DNA from: Dickeya solani IPO 2222
GTDB lineage: Bacteria > Pseudomonadota > Gammaproteobacteria > Enterobacterales > Enterobacteriaceae
Direction of reading: 5' to 3'
Assembly: GCF_001644705.1 (NCBI RefSeq)
Contig: NZ_CP015137.1
Coordinates: 3,930,001-3,962,000 of the forward strand
Length of the DNA: 32,000 nucleotides
The notes under the pieces were generated by a model, which saw nothing but the letters and a program-made list of their open reading frames with translations, was not told the DNA's origin and searched no databases. Below are positions 24,451-32,000 of the stretch, piece after piece. Positions within the stretch are counted from its first letter, which is position 1, and each line of letters starts with the position of its first letter. The position numbers and the translations under genes were made by a program.

Positions 24451-26757
24451 ATGGGTAATAAAAAAACGATTTTCTGGCGATACCCGGTAGTGATTGGCAG
24501 CGTGCTGGCGATGCAAGGGCTGGCGCAGGCGGCCGATACGCCGACGACAGCGGCCAACGCCGCGGCGACGCCGGATGCCGCGACACGTGCTGAGGCCACG
24601 GCAGCCCCCGCGCAGGCGGTACGGCTCAAGCGGGTACAGGTTAACGCGCAGCGTCGGCAAGCGCAGCAGCAAACCAGCCTGGCGTCGGTGGTGGACGGTA
24701 AGGAACTGGAGCAGGATCGACTCTACCGCTTTGAAGACCTGTCGCAGGCGGTCACCGGTGTGGATATCGCTGCAACGGATGCGCTGGATACCCGGGTGAC
24801 CATTCGCGGCATCGGCGACGGCGGCGGCAGCGAAATCAACATCGGCATGCCAAGCAGCGTCGGGTTGTTTCTGGACGGTGTCTACCTGTCTCGCCCCGGC
24901 ATGTTGTCCAACGACCTGCTGGATATCGATGCGGTCAGCGTGCTGAAGGGGCCGCAGGGTACGCTGTACGGCTTTAACACCACCGGCGGGGCGGTGGATA
25001 TCCGCAGCCGCAGGCCGACGTTCAAACCGGAAGTGTCGCTGGAGCAGTCGTTCGGCCAGCGCGGCTACGTTCAGTCCAAACTGATGGCGTCCGGCGCGCT
25101 CAGCGACAACTGGGCCGGGCGCATCAACCTGTCGCACACCGAAAAGGGCGGCTACGTCTACAACGTACAAAACGGCCACCAACTGGGCGGCAGCAACAGT
25201 AACGGCGTGCGCGGTCAGTTGCTGTACCAGCCGGATGATGGCTTTAGTCTGCGTATCATCGGCGATTACAGCGAAGCGACCAGCTACCCGGTGATGTCGC
25301 TGGTGGACAGCTACCCGGTCGGCGGCGTGGATCAGTTCCGGACCCGCGCGGCGGCGGTCGGGGCGCGAGTGGTGGACGGCCGTCAGGTGGCGCTGGACGA
25401 CGAAACCAAAAACCGCGTCGCGCAGGGTGGCGGCTCGGTGGAAGCCAACTGGCGGCTGCGCAACGGCTATACCCTCAATTCGTTGTCATCGCTGCGTTAT
25501 TTCCGCTTTCTGCCAGGTAGCGCCGATGGACTGAGCATTCCGCTGTATCAGGACAGCGGCGCGGACGCCCGCGACCGCACCTGGGGGCAGCGCTTCTGGG
25601 TGGATTCGCCCAAAGGCGGCCTGGCGGATTATTCGTTCGGGGTGGATTATTGGGGCGAGAATCTGGATACCTTCGCGCATGACCATTACTACAACAACGC
25701 GCGCGTCACCCGCTGGTATGGCAACACCAGCAACACCGGCAAATTCGTACAACGCTTCGGTTCGCTGGAAGATACGGTGTATTCGGCTTTTGCCCGCAGC
25801 ACCTGGCATCTGGGCGACCGGTTCGACCTGACCACCGGCGTGCGGGAAACCTACGAGAAGAAAACCGGCACCTTCCGCCGCATCAACAAAAACGATTTCG
25901 ACTCCGGCGATCTGTCGCAGAGTTATCACCTGCCGTCTGCCACCGTCAGCCTTAACTGGTACGCCACGCCCAATGTGACGCCGTACCTGACGCTGGCCTA
26001 CGGCGAAAAGGCCGGCGGCCTCAACATCTCTTCCGGGGCGGCGAAGCAGGCGGGCGTCGATAGCCTGTATATCAAGCCGGAGAAAACCCGCGCCGTGGAG
26101 CTGGGGGTGAAAACCCACTGGCTGCAACGCCGGGTGGAGTGGAACACTGCGCTGTTCTGGAATGAAGTCAGCGAGTTTCAGACCACCGCCTACGACGAAG
26201 AAACGCTGAGTAGCTATCTGGTGAACGCCGGTAAATTCCGCTCGCGCGGCGTGGAATCGCAACTGGCGCTACGTCCGGTCGATGGGCTGACGGTGAGCCT
26301 TAATGGCACCTTGCTGGACGCCAGCTATCTGGATTTCAAGAACGCCAGGTGCCCGCCGGAAGTGACGCTGGCGGCTAACCCGCCCGCCTCCTGCGATCTC
26401 AGCGGCGAGCGGGTATTCAGTTCGCCGAAGCTGACCTACAACGCCCGCATCCGCTATGAGTGGCAAGCCTTCAATAACCTCCAGGCGTTTGTGGCCGGTC
26501 GCTGGGCCTGGCGCAGTTGGGCCTACGGCACGGTGGATAACTCCGACTTTACCCGCATTCCGGCCTACGGCGTGCTCAACCTGTCCACCGGGGTGAGCGG
26601 CAAACAGGACGGGCATGCCTGGCGCGCCACCCTGTGGCTGAATAACGCGCTGGATAAGACTTACTACCGCACCGTCAAGTCGGGCGATTACGGGTCGGCG
26701 TATGGCGTGCTGGGCGAACCGCGCACGCTGGGGATCACGCTGGGTTATGACTTCTAA
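24451..26757 (+). CDS. TonB-dependent outer-membrane receptor
   Basis: The track ORF begins at GTG 24445; ATG 24451 is preferred. The signal peptide ends at ...LAQA. A low-complexity Ala/Thr/Pro linker follows. The TonB-box/plug start is VRLKRVQVNAQRRQ, and the plug motif is VLKGPQGTLYGFNTTGGAVDI. The protein ends in LGITLGYDF, with a terminal aromatic residue. The product is 768 aa. There is no N-terminal signalling (STN) extension. Confidence 0.9.
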   Translation: MGNKKTIFWRYPVVIGSVLAMQGLAQAADTPTTAANAAATPDAATRAEATAAPAQAVRLKRVQVNAQRRQAQQQTSLASVVDGKELEQDRLYRFEDLSQAVTGVDIAATDALDTRVTIRGIGDGGGSEINIGMPSSVGLFLDGVYLSRPGMLSNDLLDIDAVSVLKGPQGTLYGFNTTGGAVDIRSRRPTFKPEVSLEQSFGQRGYVQSKLMASGALSDNWAGRINLSHTEKGGYVYNVQNGHQLGGSNSNGVRGQLLYQPDDGFSLRIIGDYSEATSYPVMSLVDSYPVGGVDQFRTRAAAVGARVVDGRQVALDDETKNRVAQGGGSVEANWRLRNGYTLNSLSSLRYFRFLPGSADGLSIPLYQDSGADARDRTWGQRFWVDSPKGGLADYSFGVDYWGENLDTFAHDHYYNNARVTRWYGNTSNTGKFVQRFGSLEDTVYSAFARSTWHLGDRFDLTTGVRETYEKKTGTFRRINKNDFDSGDLSQSYHLPSATVSLNWYATPNVTPYLTLAYGEKAGGLNISSGAAKQAGVDSLYIKPEKTRAVELGVKTHWLQRRVEWNTALFWNEVSEFQTTAYDEETLSSYLVNAGKFRSRGVESQLALRPVDGLTVSLNGTLLDASYLDFKNARCPPEVTLAANPPASCDLSGERVFSSPKLTYNARIRYEWQAFNNLQAFVAGRWAWRSWAYGTVDNSDFTRIPAYGVLNLSTGVSGKQDGHAWRATLWLNNALDKTYYRTVKSGDYGSAYGVLGEPRTLGITLGYDF

Positions 26758-26767
26758 GGATACGCCG

Positions 26768-29536
26768 ATGCCACTGCATGATACCTCGCGCCGTCGTTTC
26801 ATCCGTAACGGCGCCTTGCTGGCGCTGTCGGCGCCGCTGTGGAACCGGGCGCTGGCGGCGCGCACGCCGGGTGGTGACGAGCCTGCCGACGCTGCGCCGA
26901 CGGTCCGGCTGAACTGGCTGGAACGGCAACCGCCCGCCAGCTTCGGCGGCGTGACCTGGGGCGTGCCCTGGCCGCAGGGGCAGGTGCCCGCCGACAGCGG
27001 GTTCGTGCTGGGCGAAGACGGCCAGGCGGATCGCGCGTTGCAGAACTGGCCGCTGGCCTACTGGCCGGACGGCTCGCTGAAGTGGTCGGCCCATGCACTC
27101 GGCGCTGAGCGCACGCCCGGTCACGGGCTGTCGCTGCGCCCCGTGCCGGCGACTGCCGCAACGGGGGACGCCATCGTCACCGAAACGGCGCAACACTGGG
27201 TGGTGGATACCGGCCGGCTGCGCTGTCAGGTGCCGAAAAACGGCGAGCGTTTGATCGGTGAACTGTGGCAGGACGGTCGGCTGGCGCTCGGCAACGGTCG
27301 GCTGGTGTTGCAGATCCAGTCCGGTGAAGGGACGGACTGGCCACTGACGGTGGAGACGTTGCAGGGGCAGGCCACGCAGGTCACGCTGGAGCAGAACGGG
27401 CCGCAGCGCGCGGTCATCGCACTGCGTGGGGTGCATCGCCATGCCGCGTCGGGTGGCGTCACTCGTCTGCCGTTTGTGGTGCGGCTCTATTTCTACGCCG
27501 GCTCGGCGTCGCTGCGCCTGCTGCACACCATTATCTACGACGGCGACGAGCAGCAAACCTTCATCAAAGGGCTGGGAGTGGCGTTTGATGCGCCGCAGCA
27601 GGGCGAGCTGCACGACCGCCATGTGCGGTTCACCTCGGCGCAGGGCGGCCTGTTTCGGGAAGCGGTACGCGGCCTGACCGGCCTGCGACGCGATCCGGGC
27701 GAGGCGGTTGTCGCCGCGCAACTGGCCGGAAAGGCTACGCCGCCGGTCGCGCAGTTTCCCCCGGCGGTGGGCAAGCGGCTGGACTACATTCCGGCGTTCG
27801 GCAGTTACCGGCTGACCCAGCATCACCCCGACGGCTACCAGATCCACAAACGCACCGCCGCCGGGCAGGGCTGGCTGCTGTCCGCCACCGGGCAGCGTGC
27901 CTCCGGCACCGGCTATCTGGGGTCACCCACCGGCGGGGTGGCGTTCGGCATCCGCCATTTCTGGCAGAGCTATCCGGCCTGTCTGGAGATTCAGCGGGCG
28001 CATACCGATTTAGCCACGATCACGCTGTGGCTGTGGTCGCCGTACGCGGAACCGATGGATCTGCGCTTCTACCACGACGGCATGGGGCAGGCGAGTTTCG
28101 AACAGCAGCGCGAGGCGCTGGAGATCACCTACGAGGATTACGAACCGGGCTTCGCCACCCCGGAGGGCGTCGCCCGCACCAGCGAACTGTTTCTTGATGT
28201 GCTGCCCGCCACGCCGGACAGCGACACGCTGCTGGCGATGGCTCGGCGCCATCAGCAACCGCCGTTGCTGGTGGCCGACGGCGCCGATTTGCAGCGCGCC
28301 GGCGCGTTTGGTCCGGTATGGTCGCCGGCTACGCCGGGGCATCAGCCGCAACCGGCGCTGGATGCGCAACTGGCGTGGTATTTCGACTTCTATCAGCAGG
28401 AGGTGGAACAGCGGAAATGGTACGGCTTCTGGGATTTCGGCGACGTGATGCACACCTACGATGGCGATCGCCATGTCTGGCGTTATGACGTGGGCGGCTA
28501 CGCCTGGGATAACTCGGAGCTGAGCACCGATTTGTGGCTATGGTACTACTTTCTGCGTAGCGGCCGGGCGGACGTGTTCCGCATGGCGGAAGCCATGACT
28601 CGCCACACCGGCGAGGTGGATGTGCACCATGCCGGCCGCTTCCAGCCGCTTGGGTCGCGCCACAACGTGCGTCACTGGGGCGACAGCGCCAAGCAGTTGC
28701 GCATTTCCACCGTGGCGAACCGGCGTTTTCTGTATTACCTGACCGCGGATGAACGTATCGGCGAGCTGATGGATGAGCAGGTGGAGGCGCTGCGCACCCT
28801 GCAGCGGGTGATGCCGGGCCGCAAGATCGGCCAGCCACCGCCGGCCGACGAGCGGCTGGTCAGCCTCTATTTCGGCACCGACTGGGGCGCGGTGGCGGCA
28901 GCCTGGCTGACCGCCTGGGAACGGCGGCATGATACGGCGATACGCGACCGTCTGCTCAACAGTATGCGGTCGATTGCGGCCCAGCCGCACGGCTTCTTCA
29001 CCGGGCTGGCGGAGATGGACCCCGACACCGGCACGTTCCAGCCGGCAGCGGTCGACCAACTCGTTATTTCGCATCTGAGTGCGGTGTTCGGGCTGGCGGA
29101 GGTGTGCGCCGAACTGTTGCAGGTACTGCCGGACCCGGCGTTCGAGCGCGCCTGGCTGGACTATTGCCGCCTGTACAACGACCCGAAGGCGTTGAGCGCG
29201 TTTGTCGGTCAGCCGGTGAAAAAGCGCAATCTGGTGCAGGGCCATGCCCGGCTGAGCGCCTTTGCCGGCTGGCGTCAGCACGACAAGGCGCTGACCCGGC
29301 GCGCCTGGCGCGAGTTTGTGGACGGCGAGGGCGGTATTGTCCACCCCAACCGGCGGGTACGACTGATAACGCCGCCCGCGGTGCTTTATCCGGTGAAAGA
29401 AGCGGAGATCGACTCGTCGATCGATCAACGTTCCGGCAGCACCGTCGTCACTAATCTGTCCACCAATGCGGTGGCGCAGTGGGGGCTGACCACCATCGCC
29501 ATGCTGGCGCTGGCGGGAGACGCACCGCCCAAATAG
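26768..29536 (+). CDS. Large Tat-exported protein of uncharacterised family (candidate periplasmic polysaccharide/conjugate-processing enzyme)
   Basis: The start is moved to ATG 26768, with AAGGA 7 nt upstream and 10 bp after the receptor stop. The twin-arginine leader is MPLHDTSRRRFIRNGALLALSAPLWNRALA. The product is 922 aa. A conspicuous aromatic/acidic block is present: WYGFWDFGDVMHTYDGDRHVWRYDVGGYAWDNSELSTDLWLWYYF...HTGEVDVHH...RHNVRHWGDS. I recognise no cofactor-binding Cys or His cluster that would otherwise explain the Tat routing. Confidence 0.85.
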   Translation: MPLHDTSRRRFIRNGALLALSAPLWNRALAARTPGGDEPADAAPTVRLNWLERQPPASFGGVTWGVPWPQGQVPADSGFVLGEDGQADRALQNWPLAYWPDGSLKWSAHALGAERTPGHGLSLRPVPATAATGDAIVTETAQHWVVDTGRLRCQVPKNGERLIGELWQDGRLALGNGRLVLQIQSGEGTDWPLTVETLQGQATQVTLEQNGPQRAVIALRGVHRHAASGGVTRLPFVVRLYFYAGSASLRLLHTIIYDGDEQQTFIKGLGVAFDAPQQGELHDRHVRFTSAQGGLFREAVRGLTGLRRDPGEAVVAAQLAGKATPPVAQFPPAVGKRLDYIPAFGSYRLTQHHPDGYQIHKRTAAGQGWLLSATGQRASGTGYLGSPTGGVAFGIRHFWQSYPACLEIQRAHTDLATITLWLWSPYAEPMDLRFYHDGMGQASFEQQREALEITYEDYEPGFATPEGVARTSELFLDVLPATPDSDTLLAMARRHQQPPLLVADGADLQRAGAFGPVWSPATPGHQPQPALDAQLAWYFDFYQQEVEQRKWYGFWDFGDVMHTYDGDRHVWRYDVGGYAWDNSELSTDLWLWYYFLRSGRADVFRMAEAMTRHTGEVDVHHAGRFQPLGSRHNVRHWGDSAKQLRISTVANRRFLYYLTADERIGELMDEQVEALRTLQRVMPGRKIGQPPPADERLVSLYFGTDWGAVAAAWLTAWERRHDTAIRDRLLNSMRSIAAQPHGFFTGLAEMDPDTGTFQPAAVDQLVISHLSAVFGLAEVCAELLQVLPDPAFERAWLDYCRLYNDPKALSAFVGQPVKKRNLVQGHARLSAFAGWRQHDKALTRRAWREFVDGEGGIVHPNRRVRLITPPAVLYPVKEAEIDSSIDQRSGSTVVTNLSTNAVAQWGLTTIAMLALAGDAPPK

Positions 29537-29627
29537 CGAGACTTCAGGCAACGACGGGCCAGATAGCGACAGGCCCGATAACGGCACAATCCGAATAATC
29601 GCGCCCGCTGCGGCGGGCTGCAACCGT

Positions 29628-29691
29628 ACATCATCACGACAGAACATCATCACAACAGAACATCACCACAACAGAACATCATCAGGACATG
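29628..29691 (+). repeat. 4 x 16-bp CA-rich tandem repeat ending 4 nt before a start codon
   Basis: Read directly from the sequence: acatcatcacgacaga / acatcatcacaacaga / acatcaccacaacaga / acatcatcaggacatg. The ATG of the next gene is at 29696. Confidence 0.85.
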
Positions 29692-29695
29692 ATCA

Positions 29696-30484
29696 ATGAC
29701 GGACACAGGCTATAGCGCACAGCGCACGGTTATGGAAAGCCACGCCGGTCAGGCGTGTACCGCCGCCACGGAAGGCGGCTTTCAACGGCAATCAGACGTC
29801 CACCAGGAATCAAACACCCACCAGGAGTCAAATGCCCACCGGGAATCAAATGCCCACCGGGAATCAAATGCCCATCAGTTCGCCCTGCAATGGGCGCAAT
29901 CCGCTGACGGAAAACCGTTGTGCTGGCGGGTGGAGCAGGAGGACCCGGCGCGCACCCGTATCGATATTGACGACCATACGCTGACGCTGGATACCGCTGC
30001 CGGGCTGACGGTGTGGCTCGACCAGCCGCTATCCGGCAGGTATCGCATCAGTTATCTGCGTGAAGTCTTGGTGCAGGGGCAGCCGAACGATCGGCTTTCC
30101 GATCTCAATCAATTTTGGGCGGCGCGGGACCCGGCCCGCGCGTCGCTGTTCACCCGCCACGGGGTGCTGGGCGAATACGATAATCTGGCGCTGTATTACG
30201 TTGGCATGGGCGGCAACTGGAACAGCACCACCCGTTTTCGCTACTACAACGGCCACGGCGAGCGGCAACTGCTGGGGGAGTTCACCGATGAAGCGCATCT
30301 GCTGCGCGCCGGGCAGCGTTATCGGGTGGCCATTGAGGTGGACAGCACCGAAACCCGTTTCCTGATCGATAACCAACTCTACTTTCGCGCCCACTATACC
30401 GAACCGCCGGCCAGCGGCTATTTCGGCTTGCGGACGGTATTTTCACGGCAGGCGATCAGCCAGTTCAGCGTCACACCGCTGTAG
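29696..30484 (+). CDS. YesU/DUF1961-like protein (concanavalin-type lectin/glucanase fold family) with a repetitive His/Glu/Ser/Asn N-terminal extension
   Basis: 262 aa. The C-terminal ~200 aa (LTVWLDQPLSGRYRISY...NQFWAARDP...LALYYVGMGGNWNSTTRFRYYNG...YRVAIEV...YFGLRT) resemble the B. subtilis YesU family as I remember it. There is no signal peptide. No internal Met exists between residue 13 and the domain, so the repeat region must be translated. Confidence 0.7.
   Translation: MTDTGYSAQRTVMESHAGQACTAATEGGFQRQSDVHQESNTHQESNAHRESNAHRESNAHQFALQWAQSADGKPLCWRVEQEDPARTRIDIDDHTLTLDTAAGLTVWLDQPLSGRYRISYLREVLVQGQPNDRLSDLNQFWAARDPARASLFTRHGVLGEYDNLALYYVGMGGNWNSTTRFRYYNGHGERQLLGEFTDEAHLLRAGQRYRVAIEVDSTETRFLIDNQLYFRAHYTEPPASGYFGLRTVFSRQAISQFSVTPL
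29801..29872 (+). repeat. 4 x 18-bp in-frame tandem repeat encoding (H-Q/R-E-S-N-T/A)x4
   Basis: Read directly from the sequence: caccaggaatcaaacacc / caccaggagtcaaatgcc / caccgggaatcaaatgcc / caccgggaatcaaatgcc. The last two copies are identical. Confidence 0.9.
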
Positions 30485-31412
30485 CGTCGGCGGCGCTGGC
30501 GCGATGCGGCGCCTGATCCACCTGCAAAAACATGGCGATCAGCCGCTGTGACAGCCACGACAGGCGGGAGTCGGCGCGGCTGACGATACCGTAATGGGTG
30601 TAAAACTCGTCGGTGTCGTCATCCAGCCCGGTGATTTTCAGCATGTGGATGCCATCCGGCGGCTGTTGTAACGGCCCGTGGCGATGATTGGTGGTACCGA
30701 TGGCGTCGGACTGGCGGATCACGTCCAGCAGGCTGTAGCCGTTTTCGCACTCAATGCTGGTGCGGATATCCTGCTGACCGCTCAGCCGCACCAGCGCCTG
30801 GCGCAGGTTGGGCGGGCGCACGGTGGCCGCCAGCGGATAGCTGAACAATTGCTCGACGCTGATTTCGTCAAACGTAGCCAGCGGATGCCCCTGACGACAG
30901 CAGAAGCCCCAGCGGTGCTGGCTCAGCGGCTGCACGTTGTAGCGGGCGTCCAGCTCGAAATGGCGGGTATCGGCGACGATAAAGGCAAGCTCTTCCGCCA
31001 TCAGTCGTTGGCCCAGCGCCTGCCAGTTATCGACCCGGAACACCAGCCGCACCCGCGGATACTGGCGGGAGAATTCGCCGATCACCTGCGGCATCAGCCA
31101 GGCCGCCGGCGCCGGGCCGCAGCCGAAATGTACCTCGCCGCTCTCTTTTTCGCTGAACTGCTCGATATCGTTGATTAAATCTTGCGCGTGGCGGGTGAGG
31201 CGGCGGGCGTGTTCCAGTACCAGCAGCCCTTTCTTGGTGGGTTCCAGATTATGGTGACGGTCGATCAGCCGCGCGCCCACGCTCTGTTCCAGCGACTGGA
31301 TGCTGCGGCTGAACGCCGACTGTGAAATGTTCATGGCCTGCGCCGCCGAAGTGAAATTTCGGTGCTCGATCAGCGCAATAAAGTGGCGTAACTGACGCAG
31401 GTCGATGTTCAT
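30471..31412 (-). CDS. LysR-family transcriptional regulator
   Basis: 313 aa. The N-terminal wHTH is MNIDLRQLRHFIALIEHRNFTSAAQAMNISQSAFSRSIQSLEQSVGARLIDR. A typical LysR substrate-binding domain follows. The 3' end overlaps the convergent YesU-like gene by 14 bp. Confidence 0.9.
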   Translation of the reverse strand: MNIDLRQLRHFIALIEHRNFTSAAQAMNISQSAFSRSIQSLEQSVGARLIDRHHNLEPTKKGLLVLEHARRLTRHAQDLINDIEQFSEKESGEVHFGCGPAPAAWLMPQVIGEFSRQYPRVRLVFRVDNWQALGQRLMAEELAFIVADTRHFELDARYNVQPLSQHRWGFCCRQGHPLATFDEISVEQLFSYPLAATVRPPNLRQALVRLSGQQDIRTSIECENGYSLLDVIRQSDAIGTTNHRHGPLQQPPDGIHMLKITGLDDDTDEFYTHYGIVSRADSRLSWLSQRLIAMFLQVDQAPHRASAADATAV

Positions 31413-31583
31413 GGCATTCAGGTCAATGGCGGCGGCGGACGGACAGACTGAGCAGGCTACCAGCCTGACGACCTCGTCAACAAATAACCAATACGGCGGC
31501 GATATGACGGGTTGTTATATGTCGCAAACGGTGGGTGCGGGCAGGAACAATGCCCCTCCCGCTGGCGGCAGGAGGGACGGGGA

Positions 31584-32000
31584 TTAGACGTAGGAATCGT
31601 CGTCGTCGTAGGAGTCATCAGCCGCGTAATCGTCGTAGCCGCTGTTCTGCGGTTCGTCGCCGGCGTTGCTGTTCCAAAGGTTGTTGCTGGCGCCGGCGCC
31701 GTTGAACGTATCCAGATTGTCCGCACCGAAATCCCGGAAGCTGTCGCTGACGTTACCCAGCGGATTCTCGTTGAGCACCGGATTTTCGTTGATGATGTTG
31801 ATGATTTCTTCCGGCTGCGAGCGGTGGAACATGCCGGTCAGCATGTCGGCCAACACCACACCGCCCGCCACGCCGGCCGCGGTCTGCAACGCACCGCTCA
31901 GAAAACCGCCTGCGCGGGACGGCGCCGGTTGCGCATAGCCCGGCGCAGGCTGGCCGTAACCCGGTGCCGGCGGCGTATATCCCATCGGCTGACCGTATCC
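31584..32000 (-). CDS. DUF2076-like protein, C-terminal part (gene continues beyond the right edge)
   Basis: The reading frame is open to position 32000 (GYGQP upstream of the track Met). It contains Pro/Gly/Tyr-rich repeats (PAPGYGQPAPGYAQPAP), a Gly-rich hydrophobic segment (GGFLSGALQTAAGVAGGVVLADML), and an acidic tail (DDYAADDSYDDDDSYV). The family name is from memory. Confidence 0.6.
   Translation of the reverse strand, partial: GYGQPMGYTPPAPGYGQPAPGYAQPAPSRAGGFLSGALQTAAGVAGGVVLADMLTGMFHRSQPEEIINIINENPVLNENPLGNVSDSFRDFGADNLDTFNGAGASNNLWNSNAGDEPQNSGYDDYAADDSYDDDDSYV

Noticed and set aside
24433-29653. Minus-strand ORFs 24433..25182, 25486..26262, 26269..26865, 26735..27847, 28010..28474 and 28538..29653.
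   Set aside because: All are antisense to the TonB-dependent receptor or the 922-aa Tat protein. They are low-complexity Arg/Ala/Pro translations. The plus-strand frames have signal peptides and family motifs.

Overview
This is a 32-kb, high-GC chromosomal window with no recognisable rRNA, tRNA, CRISPR array, transposase or integrase. Protein sequences and gene content look like a plant-associated member of the Enterobacterales, possibly Dickeya-like; this is inference only. From left to right the window contains: (1) the 5' part of an MBL-fold hydrolase gene (minus strand, runs off the left edge). (2) A nitrate/anaerobiosis-type formate dehydrogenase operon fdnGHI, with an FNR box and a NarL-like heptamer pair upstream. 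Its catalytic subunit carries Cys (TGC) at the codon where E. coli has selenocysteine. (3) A structured GC-rich intergenic element. (4) The raffinose cluster rafR-rafA-rafB, with two tandem palindromic operators. (5) A leaderless, prodomain-less papain-family (C1) cysteine peptidase (minus strand). (6) A tightly coupled three-gene operon: FAD oxidoreductase, extended GNAT, and a GhrA-like 2-ketoacid reductase. (7) dsbG, an EVE-domain gene and a membrane-sensor GGDEF diguanylate cyclase (all minus strand). (8) An 855-bp non-coding region packed with tandem repeats. (9) The most unusual part, at 19.3-31.4 kb. A minus-strand operon carries tonB-exbB-exbD plus a fused double ABC permease of the sulfonate/nitrate/taurine type. 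It diverges from a plus-strand set: SsuA/NMT1-type binding protein, TonB-dependent receptor, 922-aa Tat-exported uncharacterised protein, and a YesU/DUF1961-like protein. A convergent LysR regulator closes the locus. No ABC ATPase and no recognisable sulfatase or glycosidase is present. A recurring AATGCCAT motif links the divergent promoter region to the lysR start. (10) The 3' part of a DUF2076-like gene (minus strand, runs off the right edge). Many long ORFs in the supplied track are antisense shadow ORFs typical of high-GC DNA and were rejected.
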